Both the position numbers and the translations under genes were made by a program. DNA of 64,000 nucleotides from Candidatus Cloacimonadota bacterium. GTDB taxonomy: Bacteria; Cloacimonadota; Cloacimonadia; G963667145. Shown piece by piece: positions 51,288 to 61,167 of the stretch. Below the pieces are notes generated by a model. It saw only the letters and a list, made by a program, of their open reading frames with translations, made no database searches and was not told where the DNA came from. Location: assembly GCA_963667255.1 (NCBI GenBank), contig OY762940.1:704001-768000 (forward strand), written 5' to 3'. Position 1 is the stretch's first letter. Each line of letters starts with the position of its first letter.

Positions 51288-51938
51288 CTAATAAAGCAGA
51301 TAGCCACCTTTTTCTCGTAGCCATTTTTTTGCCTCTTTGTAATCGGGGTAAAACGCCTCTAGATTGTTCCAAAAAGATTTGCCGTGGTGCGGATAAGTAA
51401 GATGTGTAAGCTCGTGAGCCACAACATAGCTAATAATTTTTTCGGGAGCTTTTACCAGATTCCAGTTCAGATTGATATTGCCGAGCGAAGAGCAGGAGCC
51501 CCAGCGAGTTCTGGCGGAGGACAGCTTGAGATTTTTGTAGGAGATGCTCATTTTTTGACAGCACAAATCGGTTAGTTGAGCAAAAATTTTTCGGGCATTG
51601 TTCTGATACCATTTATTCAGAAGTGACTTGGGATTTTGGGTTTCTTTGTGAAAAATGGTGATGGTATTTTCGCTTTTTGTGATGTCGTTCTTATCGGCAA
51701 TTTTAGTCTCCAAGATGTAAACTTTCCCCAAAAATAAGATTTTGTTGAGAGCGAAAAAATTTTGGCGGTTTTTCACAAGAGCGTTCTGTTTATCTACCCA
51801 ATTTTGTCTTTTATTCACAAATTTGAGAATTTGCGATTCCGGCAAAAACAATGGAGCTTTGACGATGAGCTTGTCGGGGGACACTATTTGCAAAGAGAGA
51901 CTTTTCCGTTTTTCTCTTTGGATTTCGATTTTTAGCAT
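51288..51938 (-). CDS. YgjP/SprT-like Zn metalloprotease family (DUF45)
   Basis: TRWGSCS, YVVAHELTHL, HGKSFW; start moved to ATG at 51938. Confidence 0.9.
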   Translation of the reverse strand: MLKIEIQREKRKSLSLQIVSPDKLIVKAPLFLPESQILKFVNKRQNWVDKQNALVKNRQNFFALNKILFLGKVYILETKIADKNDITKSENTITIFHKETQNPKSLLNKWYQNNARKIFAQLTDLCCQKMSISYKNLKLSSARTRWGSCSSLGNINLNWNLVKAPEKIISYVVAHELTHLTYPHHGKSFWNNLEAFYPDYKEAKKWLREKGGYLLY

Positions 51939-52687
51939 TTTATTTGGAAAAAATTGCAGGCATTTTGATAAGTTAGTTTGGCAATTTTTTCGGCAGATTC
52001 TCCTCTGATGGAAGCGATTTTTTGGATAACATAGGGCAAATTTAGCGGAGAGTTTCTTTTGCCTCTGTTCGGGTGCGGAGTAAGGAAAGGGCAATCGGTT
52101 TCCACCATAAACTTGTTGGCTGGCATCTGCCGTATCAACTCTTCTTGGACATCTTTGTTGAAGGTGATAGCACCTCCGAGAGCTATCGACCAATCGTTGT
52201 CAAAAATCAAGTTTGCATATTCATAATTCCCGCTGTAGCAATGGAATAGCACATTTTTTGGGGAGTATTTTTTCAAGAGGCGATAGCAATCTTTGTAGGC
52301 ATCGCGGCAGTGGACGATGATGGGTTTGTCCAATTCGACGGCTAACTCCACTTGTGCGGAAAATGCCATTTCTTGTTCTTCGCGGGGGCAGTAATTTTTA
52401 AAATAGTCCAGCCCGATTTCGCCGATAGCCACCACTTTTTTGTTGTCAGCCAATTCGCGAAGCAAATCCAAATCCATGGTTTGAGCATCGTGTGGATGGT
52501 AGCCGACAGAGGCATAAATGAATGGGTATTTTTCCGCCAAATCTATGGAAGCCAAACAGCTTTTGCTGTCTGTCCCGACATTGACCATTTTGCTTACGCC
52601 CAGTTTTTGTGCAGACTCTATTATCTCTTCACGGTCTTGGTCAAAATCTGCAAAGTCAAGATGCATATGGGTTTCAAAAATTTTCAT
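51932..52687 (-). CDS. tatD: TatD family hydrolase
   Basis: ETHMHL, GYHPH, GEIGLDY, HCR, HCYSG, ETDCPFL. Confidence 0.95.
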   Translation of the reverse strand: MKIFETHMHLDFADFDQDREEIIESAQKLGVSKMVNVGTDSKSCLASIDLAEKYPFIYASVGYHPHDAQTMDLDLLRELADNKKVVAIGEIGLDYFKNYCPREEQEMAFSAQVELAVELDKPIIVHCRDAYKDCYRLLKKYSPKNVLFHCYSGNYEYANLIFDNDWSIALGGAITFNKDVQEELIRQMPANKFMVETDCPFLTPHPNRGKRNSPLNLPYVIQKIASIRGESAEKIAKLTYQNACNFFQIKC

Positions 52688-53490
52688 CTCAGAGCGTCTT
52701 CCAAAGTTACAGATTTGTCGGATTTACTGTCACGATATTTGATGATGATAGGGCAGTAGAGACTGAAATCGTGATTGCTTTTCAGAGTCCGCGAACCACC
52801 GACAACCACAGCTCTTTCTGGAATAACGGGAGCTTTGTCCGGTTCGGTCTTCAGAAATTCGTTTTTGGTGGCATCAAACACGGGAGTTCCCTTGGTGATA
52901 ATCACTCCGGGAGCGATGATGCTCTCTTTTTTGATTAGAACACCTTCGTAGATACCGCTATTGCCACCGATGAAAACATCGTCCTCAATGATAACAGGAT
53001 TTGCTCCTATCGGCTCTAACACGCCTCCGATTTGAGCGGCAGCGGACAGATGCACTCTTTTGCCGATTTGGGCACACGAACCCACGAGAGCATGAGAATC
53101 TATCATGGAATCTTCGTCCACATACGCCCCCACATTCACATAGGCGGGAGGCATCATGGTAACTCCGGGAGCCAAATAAGCTCCGTTTCGCACAGAAGAA
53201 CCTCCGGGAACAATTCTGACTTTGTTGCTTAAACTGAATTTTTGCTCGGGGTAAGTCGATTTATCCAAAAAGTGATGGTGACCATATTTGGCAAATTCCG
53301 TTATTTTCCCGAGACGAAATCCGACGAGGATACCTTTTTTTACCCATCCGTTGACAGCCCAAGAGCCGTTTTCATAGTTAGCGGCACGAATTTCCCCTTT
53401 GTTCAGAGCGATAATAAATTCGTGAAAAATCTCCAACGACTCTCTGGAATATTCGGTCTTATCGTAAAGTGCTTCGATACTTTTTTTCAT
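52684..53490 (-). CDS. dapD: 2,3,4,5-tetrahydropyridine-2,6-dicarboxylate N-succinyltransferase
   Basis: WVKKGIL, RIVPGG, VNVGAYVD, GSCAQIG, GGVLEP; start ATG 53490. Confidence 0.95.
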   Translation of the reverse strand: MKKSIEALYDKTEYSRESLEIFHEFIIALNKGEIRAANYENGSWAVNGWVKKGILVGFRLGKITEFAKYGHHHFLDKSTYPEQKFSLSNKVRIVPGGSSVRNGAYLAPGVTMMPPAYVNVGAYVDEDSMIDSHALVGSCAQIGKRVHLSAAAQIGGVLEPIGANPVIIEDDVFIGGNSGIYEGVLIKKESIIAPGVIITKGTPVFDATKNEFLKTEPDKAPVIPERAVVVGGSRTLKSNHDFSLYCPIIIKYRDSKSDKSVTLEDALR

Positions 53491-53494
53491 CTTA

Positions 53495-53920
53495 TCATCC
53501 TTCGTTATAAAACAATTCATTGAGTTGCATTTGGGCAACCATTTTTTGATATAGTTCTTTGTCTATTCTCGCAGCTTTACCGTTTTTGGCAAACACTCCG
53601 ATGATATCAGCCGTGGCACACAGTGTTTTGTCGGCATTGTATATCTCCTGATACCAATTACATCTAAGGCGACTTTGTTTTTTCACAAAACTTTTAATCA
53701 CAATGTCTTCCGCAAAATTAATCTGTTTCAGATATTTGATGTGAATATCCGTAACAAAAATAGCCACATTTTGCTGGAGCAAATATTGCAAGGATACCCC
53801 GATTTTGCTCAAAGATATAGACCGTGCTTCCTCCAAAATCCGCAGATAGTTGGAGTTGTTCAGATGTCCGTAAAAATCACATTCATAACCAAAAATGTGT
53901 CGATAATACTCAATTGCCAT
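53495..53920 (-). CDS. Acyl-CoA thioesterase (4HBT/YbgC-like)
   Basis: ECDFYGHLNNSNYL...EEAR. Confidence 0.88.
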   Translation of the reverse strand: MAIEYYRHIFGYECDFYGHLNNSNYLRILEEARSISLSKIGVSLQYLLQQNVAIFVTDIHIKYLKQINFAEDIVIKSFVKKQSRLRCNWYQEIYNADKTLCATADIIGVFAKNGKAARIDKELYQKMVAQMQLNELFYNEG

Positions 53921-53975
53921 AATAAAAATCCTAATCAAATTTTATAGATTGTAACTGAAAATTTATTCGCATGAG

Positions 53976-54004
53976 GTCAACGATTTTATAAAAATTTGTT
54001 GACA
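53976..54004. promoter_or_regulatory. 28-bp imperfect palindrome containing back-to-back -35 boxes (candidate TetR operator)
   Basis: GTCAACGATTTTATAAAAATTTGTTGAC lies between the divergent thioesterase and TetR genes; TTGACA at 53999-54004. Confidence 0.5.
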
Positions 54005-54061
54005 AAGTTTCACAAACTAAACTTTTGCACAAAATGAAATATTTAATATGATGAAAAGTTT

Positions 54062-54661
54062 ATGGGATTGAGAGAAAAGAAAAAAGAGAAGAGAAGAGAA
54101 TTAATCTTGAAAGAGTTTGATGCTCTTTTGTCGGAACATGGGCTTGATGGGTTCACGCTGAAAGATATATCCGACAATCTCGAGATTTCTCTTCGAACCT
54201 TGTATAATTATTACCAAAACAAAGAGGATTTGATTTCTGACTATTTGGGGAATAAGGTGAAGTCTCATTTGGAAGAAGTGGAAAAATTGGGGATGCTGGT
54301 TGGAGAAGATTTTTGTGAGGACATGCATATTTTGATTTCATGGTTTTTGAAAATATTTTTTTCCGACAAAAATTTGAAGAAAGCTTGGATACGAGATTTT
54401 TTAGCAAAAATGAAATCAGGCTCTATAGAAAGAGCCAATGAGCATGAAAAAATAGCTAACGGGTTTATTACTCTGATTTATCGGGTGGTATGTATGCACA
54501 ATGATAAGTTGAAACACTCTTCTTTTTTGATTGCGGAAATTTTCATAGCTATTTTCAAAGATATTTTTATCAAGATTGCTAAAGGGAGTTTAGATTTTGA
54601 GCAGGCACTTGAGGAGTTAGAAAAGAAGATTGTTATTGTTTATGAAGGAGTTGGTAAATAA
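54062..54661 (+). CDS. TetR/AcrR family regulator
   Basis: GLREKKK...TLKDI...SLRTLYNYYQNKEDL helix-turn-helix. Confidence 0.93.
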   Translation: MGLREKKKEKRRELILKEFDALLSEHGLDGFTLKDISDNLEISLRTLYNYYQNKEDLISDYLGNKVKSHLEEVEKLGMLVGEDFCEDMHILISWFLKIFFSDKNLKKAWIRDFLAKMKSGSIERANEHEKIANGFITLIYRVVCMHNDKLKHSSFLIAEIFIAIFKDIFIKIAKGSLDFEQALEELEKKIVIVYEGVGK

Positions 54662-55422
54662 TGAAAATTTATTATTTTTCTGGAACAGGCAATTCGTTGT
54701 ATATTGCCAAAGAAGTCGCCAAACGACTTGAGGGTGTGGAATTGGTAAGCATTACATCTTGTATGGATAAGCATCTGGTTTTGGAGGGCGAAGTGGGAAT
54801 AGCTTTTCCGCTGTATGCATTCGGTTTACCCAAAATGGTGAAGAGATTTTTGCAAAAGACAGATTTTAGCAAGGTCGTTTATTTCTTCGGTTTGCAAACC
54901 AGAGGAGGTTCTCCGGGGCATGCTTTTGCCGATGCACAGAGACTTGCAGGACGCAAGTTTGATGCCTCTTTCAAAGTGAATATGCCTAACGCTTATTTGC
55001 CACTTGGCGATGTGTATCCAGAGGAAAAGACACAAACTGTTTTGCAAAAAGCCGAAGGGAAGATTGACAAAATCGTGGAGGTGCTATCTGCGAGGAGAAA
55101 GCACAACGAAGGAGATTTTTTCTTGTTAAAGTTGGTTTCAGTTCCTGCATATTGGGTTTGGGCGAAATTTTCCGATTTAGGCAAGAAATATTTTGTTGAC
55201 GATAGTTGTAACGGATGTGGTTTGTGCAATGAAATTTGTCCGTCGGGATGTATTCAGATGAAAGAGGGGAAGCCGATTTGGCAGTCGGGCAAATGTGAGA
55301 GTTGTATGGCGTGCATCAACTACTGTCCTGTGCAATCTATCCAATTGAATGAGAAAACGAGAAAATTTGGTAGATATCATCATCCTGACATCAAATGGGA
55401 ACTGATTGCCGATAAAAGTTGA
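54661..55422 (+). CDS. EFR1-family flavodoxin-ferredoxin fusion
   Basis: YFSGTGNS plus CNGCGLC...CP and CESCMAC...CP. Confidence 0.9.
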   Translation: MKIYYFSGTGNSLYIAKEVAKRLEGVELVSITSCMDKHLVLEGEVGIAFPLYAFGLPKMVKRFLQKTDFSKVVYFFGLQTRGGSPGHAFADAQRLAGRKFDASFKVNMPNAYLPLGDVYPEEKTQTVLQKAEGKIDKIVEVLSARRKHNEGDFFLLKLVSVPAYWVWAKFSDLGKKYFVDDSCNGCGLCNEICPSGCIQMKEGKPIWQSGKCESCMACINYCPVQSIQLNEKTRKFGRYHHPDIKWELIADKS

Positions 55423-55485
55423 GGGAATTCGGGATTGTAATTGTCTAAGATTAGTTGTTATTAAAATGGAAGAGGTTTATAATAA

Positions 55486-56799
55486 ATGAGAAAATTCGTT
55501 TTTGTTGTCTTACTTTTGGGATTTGTGGGTTTGTTTGCCGAAGAGATGAATTTGGAGCAAGCTAAAAAGTTGGCTTTGGAAAATAGTAGCAGTTATAAGG
55601 CGGCTAAGGCTGAATATAAATCGGCTGTTTATGCTACTTGGGGTAGTTTCGTGGATTTATTTGGAACTGCTACGGCTTCTTTTGGTTATACTCAACTTTC
55701 CGACAAAGGAGCTTATAAGGAAGATAATAGCAAATCTTATGGAGTCAATTTCTCTCAGCCGCTTTTTAATAAAGGGGTTAACTGGCTGAGTTACAGGATA
55801 AAAGCTAACACCGAAGAGATGAAAAAACTGGCTTGCGAAGAGGAAGAGTTCGTGGCGACTGCCGATGCGGAGACGAAATATTTTAATTTGCTGATGGCAC
55901 AGAGACAGCTGGAGATTGCCGAGAATGACTTGAAGAGTAGTCAGCAATCTCTGGAGCAAGCGAAAATCAAAAGCAAAACCGGTTCACTATCCAAAGTGGA
56001 TGTCCTGACCATGGAAGCCGAAGTGAAGAGCAAAGAGGTTGATTTGTTGTCCAAGCAAAACAGATATTTGCAAAGCAAGAACGAGTTTTGTGATTTTCTG
56101 CATATTGATGACCAAGATGTAACGCTGGCACCGATAAACTTGAGCGAATATCAAGAGTTGTTTGATAGGGTTAAGCAGTTGGATATTAGTAGATTGAACA
56201 ATGTGATAGAGAAGATTGTTAAACTTGGAGAACAAAGAAACTTGTCGCTTAAGAGTTTGGAAGAGCAAAAAGAGATTGCCGAAAAAGGTAAGTTAATTGC
56301 CGCTTTGTCGCCTCTGCCTACTGTTTCTGCGGCTTATTCGTATTCCAAAAGTGAAAATTATACAGGGAGTTATCAAGCTGCGAGTAAGACGCTTTCTTTG
56401 AGCGTTTCTATGCCGATTTCGTTTTTGCCTTTCTGTGATAAATATTTTGATTATCAAGAGGCGAGATACGAATTGCGTCGTGTAGAGGCGGAAAACTATA
56501 ACACGGAAACAAAATTGAAATTGCAGATAAAGACGGCTGTTTACACCTTTGTAAGTTCTGCCAAGCAAATGGTTTCTGCGGAATTTGGAGTTGATGCTGC
56601 TGCGGGAGTTTTTGAGCAAAATCAGGCGAAATACAAAAATGGTTTGTTGTCTACGGCAGACTTTTTGGACGCTCTTAATACTTATCAATCCGCCCAATTG
56701 GCTTTGGTGCAAGCGAAGAACGACTTCTTTACTGCTCGTTCCGATTTGAAGCGATTGTTGGTGATAAAAGAAGATAGTGAATTAGAGAAATTATTTTAA
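55486..56799 (+). CDS. TolC-family outer membrane efflux protein
   Basis: Signal peptide, FSQPLF, YFNLL, YKNGLLSTADFLDA; upstream of the MFP/RND genes. Confidence 0.9.
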   Translation: MRKFVFVVLLLGFVGLFAEEMNLEQAKKLALENSSSYKAAKAEYKSAVYATWGSFVDLFGTATASFGYTQLSDKGAYKEDNSKSYGVNFSQPLFNKGVNWLSYRIKANTEEMKKLACEEEEFVATADAETKYFNLLMAQRQLEIAENDLKSSQQSLEQAKIKSKTGSLSKVDVLTMEAEVKSKEVDLLSKQNRYLQSKNEFCDFLHIDDQDVTLAPINLSEYQELFDRVKQLDISRLNNVIEKIVKLGEQRNLSLKSLEEQKEIAEKGKLIAALSPLPTVSAAYSYSKSENYTGSYQAASKTLSLSVSMPISFLPFCDKYFDYQEARYELRRVEAENYNTETKLKLQIKTAVYTFVSSAKQMVSAEFGVDAAAGVFEQNQAKYKNGLLSTADFLDALNTYQSAQLALVQAKNDFFTARSDLKRLLVIKEDSELEKLF

Positions 56800-56823
56800 T
56801 TAAAGAAATTACGGAGACTGATA

Positions 56824-57942
56824 ATGAAATTTTTTACGAAGAAGAAAATTATAATTTATGTGGCAGTTTTGGTTGTGATAATTGTTGCCTTGGTAATTGG
56901 ATTGAGTTCTGGTGGGAGTAGCGAAAGTGAAAGCACGGGGAAACAAAAGTCAAGTTCCAAAGAATCTGCTGTAATGGTGTTGGTGCAGGAGTTCAAAAAG
57001 CAAGATGTGCCGGAATATGTGCAAGTCAGCGGAACTCTGCAAGGTAAAGACCAAGTGGAGATGGTTGCCGGCGTTTCTGGGCAACTGAGGAAACTGAACA
57101 AGGGTCTTGGAGAGTGGGTGGAAAAGGGCGAAAGCATCGGAGACATTGAGGCTGACCTAAAGAAAGCCCAATACGAGAATGCAAAAGCTTTGTTTGCTGT
57201 TGCTAAGAGTAACCTCAAAGCTGGCGAACAACTGTATGCTGCCAAACAAATTTCCGAGTCCGAATATCAAGGGATGGTCGCTAATTTTGCAAGTTGTAAG
57301 GCAAATTTGATTTCGGCAAAAAACGCTTATGACTATTCACGAATGGCAGCTCCTGTCAGCGGATACATTACCGATTTGCCTGTGGAAGCGGGGGAGAGCC
57401 TCAGCCCCACGACTTTTGTTTGTAAGATTGTGAATTACAAGAAATTGCAGATAAATACCGGAGTTGGTGAGGCGAGCATTGTGAAGTTGGCGAAAGACCA
57501 AAAAGTGGCCGTAAGCCCAGATGGATTGGAAACTTTGCTGTCCGGTAAAGTAATTGGCGTTGGTAAAGCTCCAGCCTACAATAGTGCTGTTTATCCTGTG
57601 AAAATAGAGTTTGATGGTGTGGACAATCTTTTGCCCGGAATGACTGTTACCGCTCAAGTTGCCGTAGGTGTTTTCGAGAATGTGCAAGCTGTTTCTTACG
57701 ATGCTCTTGTGCAAGTTTATGACGATTACTATGTGTATAAATTGATGAAAGACGATACTGTGAAGAAGACTAAGGTCAAGGTTATCAGAATGGTTGGCAA
57801 TATTGTTATCATTGAGTCTTCGCTTATGGATGGAGATTTTGTCGTTATTGATGGAGTTGATGAGATAGAGGATGGTCAAAAAGTAAGCCCGAATTATTAC
57901 AAGACAACCATCGAAGAAATTGAAGTTCAAGAAGGGGTTTAG
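56824..57942 (+). CDS. RND periplasmic adaptor (MFP)
   Basis: N-terminal TM, GEWVEKG, APVSGYI, LLPGM. Confidence 0.92.
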   Translation: MKFFTKKKIIIYVAVLVVIIVALVIGLSSGGSSESESTGKQKSSSKESAVMVLVQEFKKQDVPEYVQVSGTLQGKDQVEMVAGVSGQLRKLNKGLGEWVEKGESIGDIEADLKKAQYENAKALFAVAKSNLKAGEQLYAAKQISESEYQGMVANFASCKANLISAKNAYDYSRMAAPVSGYITDLPVEAGESLSPTTFVCKIVNYKKLQINTGVGEASIVKLAKDQKVAVSPDGLETLLSGKVIGVGKAPAYNSAVYPVKIEFDGVDNLLPGMTVTAQVAVGVFENVQAVSYDALVQVYDDYYVYKLMKDDTVKKTKVKVIRMVGNIVIIESSLMDGDFVVIDGVDEIEDGQKVSPNYYKTTIEEIEVQEGV

Positions 57943-57944
57943 TA

Positions 57945-60900
57945 ATGTCGATAGCTAAATTTTCGGTAAAAAATTCGGTTTTAATCAATCTCTTGATGCT
58001 TTTGGTTTTTATAGCCGGAATATTTGCCATGCTCGTAATCCCCAAAGAGGATGCTCCGGCTGTCGATTTCGGTAGAGCCTATATTTGGGTGACTTATCCT
58101 GGTGTGTCTCCAGAAGATATGGAGACTCTGGTAGCTGACAAGATTGAAGACAAGATAGTGGATGTGGATGGCGTTGATTATGTGACTACCACCATTCAGA
58201 CTGGAATGGTAATCTGTATGGTAACCTTTGAGACTGATGTTGATCCAGATGATGCTTGGAACGATGTGAACGATGCTTTTAACAAAATAACTGGTTTACC
58301 TTCTGAGGCTGACGACCCTGTTATTATCAGACTCAATATGCGAGAGGTTAATTCGATTTGCGATATTTCTATGTCCGCTCCTTACAAGGATAAGACAGTC
58401 AATGCGTTGGCGGAAGAGCTATTGGATAAACTCAAAAAAATTAGCAATGTTTCCAAAGCAGAACAATATGGCGATAGGGAAGAGAAAATTTTTGTTGATG
58501 TGGACCCCGACAAGTTAGCAGCTTATGGTTTGACTATGAATTCTATTGCTTCTGCCATCTCTAATAGCAATGTGAATTATCCTGGTGGAGATATAGATTT
58601 CGGTAGTTCGGAGAGGACTGTGCGGACTACTGGTGAATATGGTAATGTTAGAGAAATCCAAGAACAAATAATTACCACCGATGCCAATGGTAGGACTGTT
58701 AAATTGGGTGATATCGCTAATGTCTATTATGGGCATGACGATTTGGAAGTGATCACCAGGCTGGACGGCGAGAAGTCGATACTCTTTGAAGTGTATAAAA
58801 AGGCTTCTGGTAATATTATCGAGGTAATGAAGGATGTCCGCGAAGTTGCCAAGCAATTTGAAGAAGAACATGAGGGCGTGAAGGTCAGCATCAGAAGTGA
58901 TGACTCCAAAGATGTGAAAGACAGTATTTACACACTGGGAACCTCTATGTCTATGGGAATAATTTTGGTTTTCTTTGCAATGTTATTCTTCTTGGGCAAA
59001 AAGAACGCTTTATTCGCCAGCTTGGGAATCCCCTTTTCGTTCTTAATGTGCTTTTTCATTATGTACACCATAGATTATACTATTAATAATTTGTCTCTTT
59101 TTGCTCTTATTTTGGTGCTTGGTATGATAGTGGACGATGCTATCGTGGTGATAGAGAATGTTCACAGGCATATGGAGATGGGCAAAACTCCTGAAGAAGC
59201 TGCTATAGTCGGCACGGAAGAGGTTACTTATCCTGTTATTGCCGCTGTCGCCACGACTGCTGCCGCTTTCTTGCCGATGCTACTGATGAAGGGTATGATG
59301 GGCAAATTTTTGAGTGTGTTTCCTGTTGTGGTGTCTATTGCTCTGTTCTGTTCTTTGCTAGAGAGTTTGGTAATTTTGCCCAGTCACTTAGCAGACTTTA
59401 GTAAGCAAATTACCGTGAAAAAGCCACATAAAATTCATCAGAAGATGTTGGAAATATACCAAAAATTTGCTATCTATTTTTTGAGGCATCGCCTATTGAC
59501 TATCCTCGGTGTTGTCTTACTTCTTCTTGGTAGTTTCGGGATGATGCTTGGTGGCTTGGTCAAGTTTGAGTTTTTCCCGAGTAGTCCAGGTACGAGTATG
59601 TCGCTCGAAATAAAAACGCCTGTTGGTACTTCTTTGGAAAAAACGGAGGAGATAAGTAGCAAAATCGAGAAGTATATAGGCAAAGAGATGCCTCAGAAAG
59701 ATGATGTGACAGCGGTTGTAAGCTATGTGGGGATGATGTCGGAAAATCATAGACCTACTGTGCGAACCAATTATATTACAATTAATATCGATTTGGTTGA
59801 CCCAGATGATGCCTCTTTTGAGCAAAGCGAGATTAAAACATCTATCAGGAGTTTCTTGAAAAAAATCCCTGAAGTGGTTTACATAGAGTTCGCTGAAGGC
59901 ACGGATGGTCCTCCTGTTGATGATGATATCTCTTTGCGTATATCTGGGGACGATTTGGACAAATTGGCGATAATCTCGGATAATGTGCAGAGTATGCTGA
60001 AAACTATTCCTGGAGTGGAAGATTTGAAGGACAATTTGGATTTCACCAAAAAGCAAGTGGAGATTGTTCCCAATCGTAAGAAGTTGGCTGAATACGGCTT
60101 TAGCGTGCAGGATCTCGGTGTTGCTGTTTGGACTGCAGTCAACGGGAGAACAATAGGTCAATATAGAGGGCAAGGAGTGGATGAGTGTGACATCACGCTG
60201 CGTTTGGACAAAGACAAAGTTGGCGACTTGGAGCAGTTGAAAGACTTCAAAATTCTCTCTCCTTCTGGCGACCTTGTGCCTTTGAGGTCTCTTGCTGATT
60301 TTAAGGTTAATTTGGGAATAGGTACAATCAGTCATCGCAATGGAGATCGAATAGTGATTATCAAGGGTAGCTGTGGAATGTATGAAAAAGATGGTAAGAT
60401 GGTTAAGAGGACACCTTCCGAGGTAACGACTTTGCTTATGGGGAATAAGATAACTGGAGAAAAGGGGTTATTGGCAGATTTCAACAGTAAATATTCAGGA
60501 TATCAGTTGGAATTTGGCGGTCAAGCCGAGCAACAAAGGGAATCATATAATTCTCTTATTCTCGCTTGTATAGTGGCAGTGATAATTATCTATACTATTT
60601 TGGCGTGGCAGTTCAAAAGTTATGTGCAACCGTTCATCGTTTTGCTCTCGTTACCCTTTGCTTTCATTGGAGTTATTTTCGGCTTGGCTGTTACGAGATT
60701 GCCATTTTCTTTGCCGACATTTATCGGAGTGGTCGGACTTGTTGGTGTGGTGGTGAACGACTCATTGGTGCTGGTGGATTTTGTTAACAGGCTACGAGAA
60801 GAGGGGCACGACCGCTGGAGCTCGCTGATAGAGGCAGGCAAGATTCGTTTGCGTCCAATTTTTCTCACTACTTTCACGACGATAGCTGGATTTTCGCCGA

Positions 60901-61106
60901 TGATTTTATCCACTAGCAGTGCCTCCCAAGACTGGAAGCCCATTGCAGTGGCTATGGCGTTCGGTTTGGCATTTGCAACTTTGCTGACTCTTTTGGTGTT
61001 GCCGTGTATGTATTCGATAGTTGATTCCGTTTTTGGCAAATTTGGTATGACCCGTTTCAAACAACACATCAGTCTTGATGAAGCTTTGCGAAGAATGGGT
61101 GAATAA
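57945..61106 (+). CDS. RND efflux permease (AcrB/HAE1-like)
   Basis: YPGVSPE, GMIVDDAIVVIEN, RLRPIFLTT; 1053 aa. Confidence 0.96.
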   Translation: MSIAKFSVKNSVLINLLMLLVFIAGIFAMLVIPKEDAPAVDFGRAYIWVTYPGVSPEDMETLVADKIEDKIVDVDGVDYVTTTIQTGMVICMVTFETDVDPDDAWNDVNDAFNKITGLPSEADDPVIIRLNMREVNSICDISMSAPYKDKTVNALAEELLDKLKKISNVSKAEQYGDREEKIFVDVDPDKLAAYGLTMNSIASAISNSNVNYPGGDIDFGSSERTVRTTGEYGNVREIQEQIITTDANGRTVKLGDIANVYYGHDDLEVITRLDGEKSILFEVYKKASGNIIEVMKDVREVAKQFEEEHEGVKVSIRSDDSKDVKDSIYTLGTSMSMGIILVFFAMLFFLGKKNALFASLGIPFSFLMCFFIMYTIDYTINNLSLFALILVLGMIVDDAIVVIENVHRHMEMGKTPEEAAIVGTEEVTYPVIAAVATTAAAFLPMLLMKGMMGKFLSVFPVVVSIALFCSLLESLVILPSHLADFSKQITVKKPHKIHQKMLEIYQKFAIYFLRHRLLTILGVVLLLLGSFGMMLGGLVKFEFFPSSPGTSMSLEIKTPVGTSLEKTEEISSKIEKYIGKEMPQKDDVTAVVSYVGMMSENHRPTVRTNYITINIDLVDPDDASFEQSEIKTSIRSFLKKIPEVVYIEFAEGTDGPPVDDDISLRISGDDLDKLAIISDNVQSMLKTIPGVEDLKDNLDFTKKQVEIVPNRKKLAEYGFSVQDLGVAVWTAVNGRTIGQYRGQGVDECDITLRLDKDKVGDLEQLKDFKILSPSGDLVPLRSLADFKVNLGIGTISHRNGDRIVIIKGSCGMYEKDGKMVKRTPSEVTTLLMGNKITGEKGLLADFNSKYSGYQLEFGGQAEQQRESYNSLILACIVAVIIIYTILAWQFKSYVQPFIVLLSLPFAFIGVIFGLAVTRLPFSLPTFIGVVGLVGVVVNDSLVLVDFVNRLREEGHDRWSSLIEAGKIRLRPIFLTTFTTIAGFSPMILSTSSASQDWKPIAVAMAFGLAFATLLTLLVLPCMYSIVDSVFGKFGMTRFKQHISLDEALRRMGE

Positions 61107-61122
61107 TTTTAAATAAAATATG

Positions 61123-61154
61123 AAGGGCATTTTAAACTTAATGCCCTTTTTTTT
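61123..61154 (+). terminator. Intrinsic terminator after the RND operon
   Basis: AAGGGCATT-N9-AATGCCCTT perfect stem followed by a T run. Confidence 0.8.
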
Positions 61155-61167
61155 GTTAGGAGAAAAG

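Larger units (their letters stand above)
49231..51291 (+). pseudogene. DUF1848 family gene (C-terminal CxxxCxxC) interrupted by an IS
   Basis: The 5' part (SVSRRTDIP, WRYDPI) and 3' part (DIGTYNVCSHNCLYCYA) join in frame (...KILLKN-K-FYPPTEE...) when the IS and one TSD copy are removed, giving about 313 aa. Confidence 0.92.

Noticed and set aside
51939..52193. 85-aa extension of the YgjP-like ORF
   Set aside because: It overlaps tatD in another frame; the real start is at 51938.
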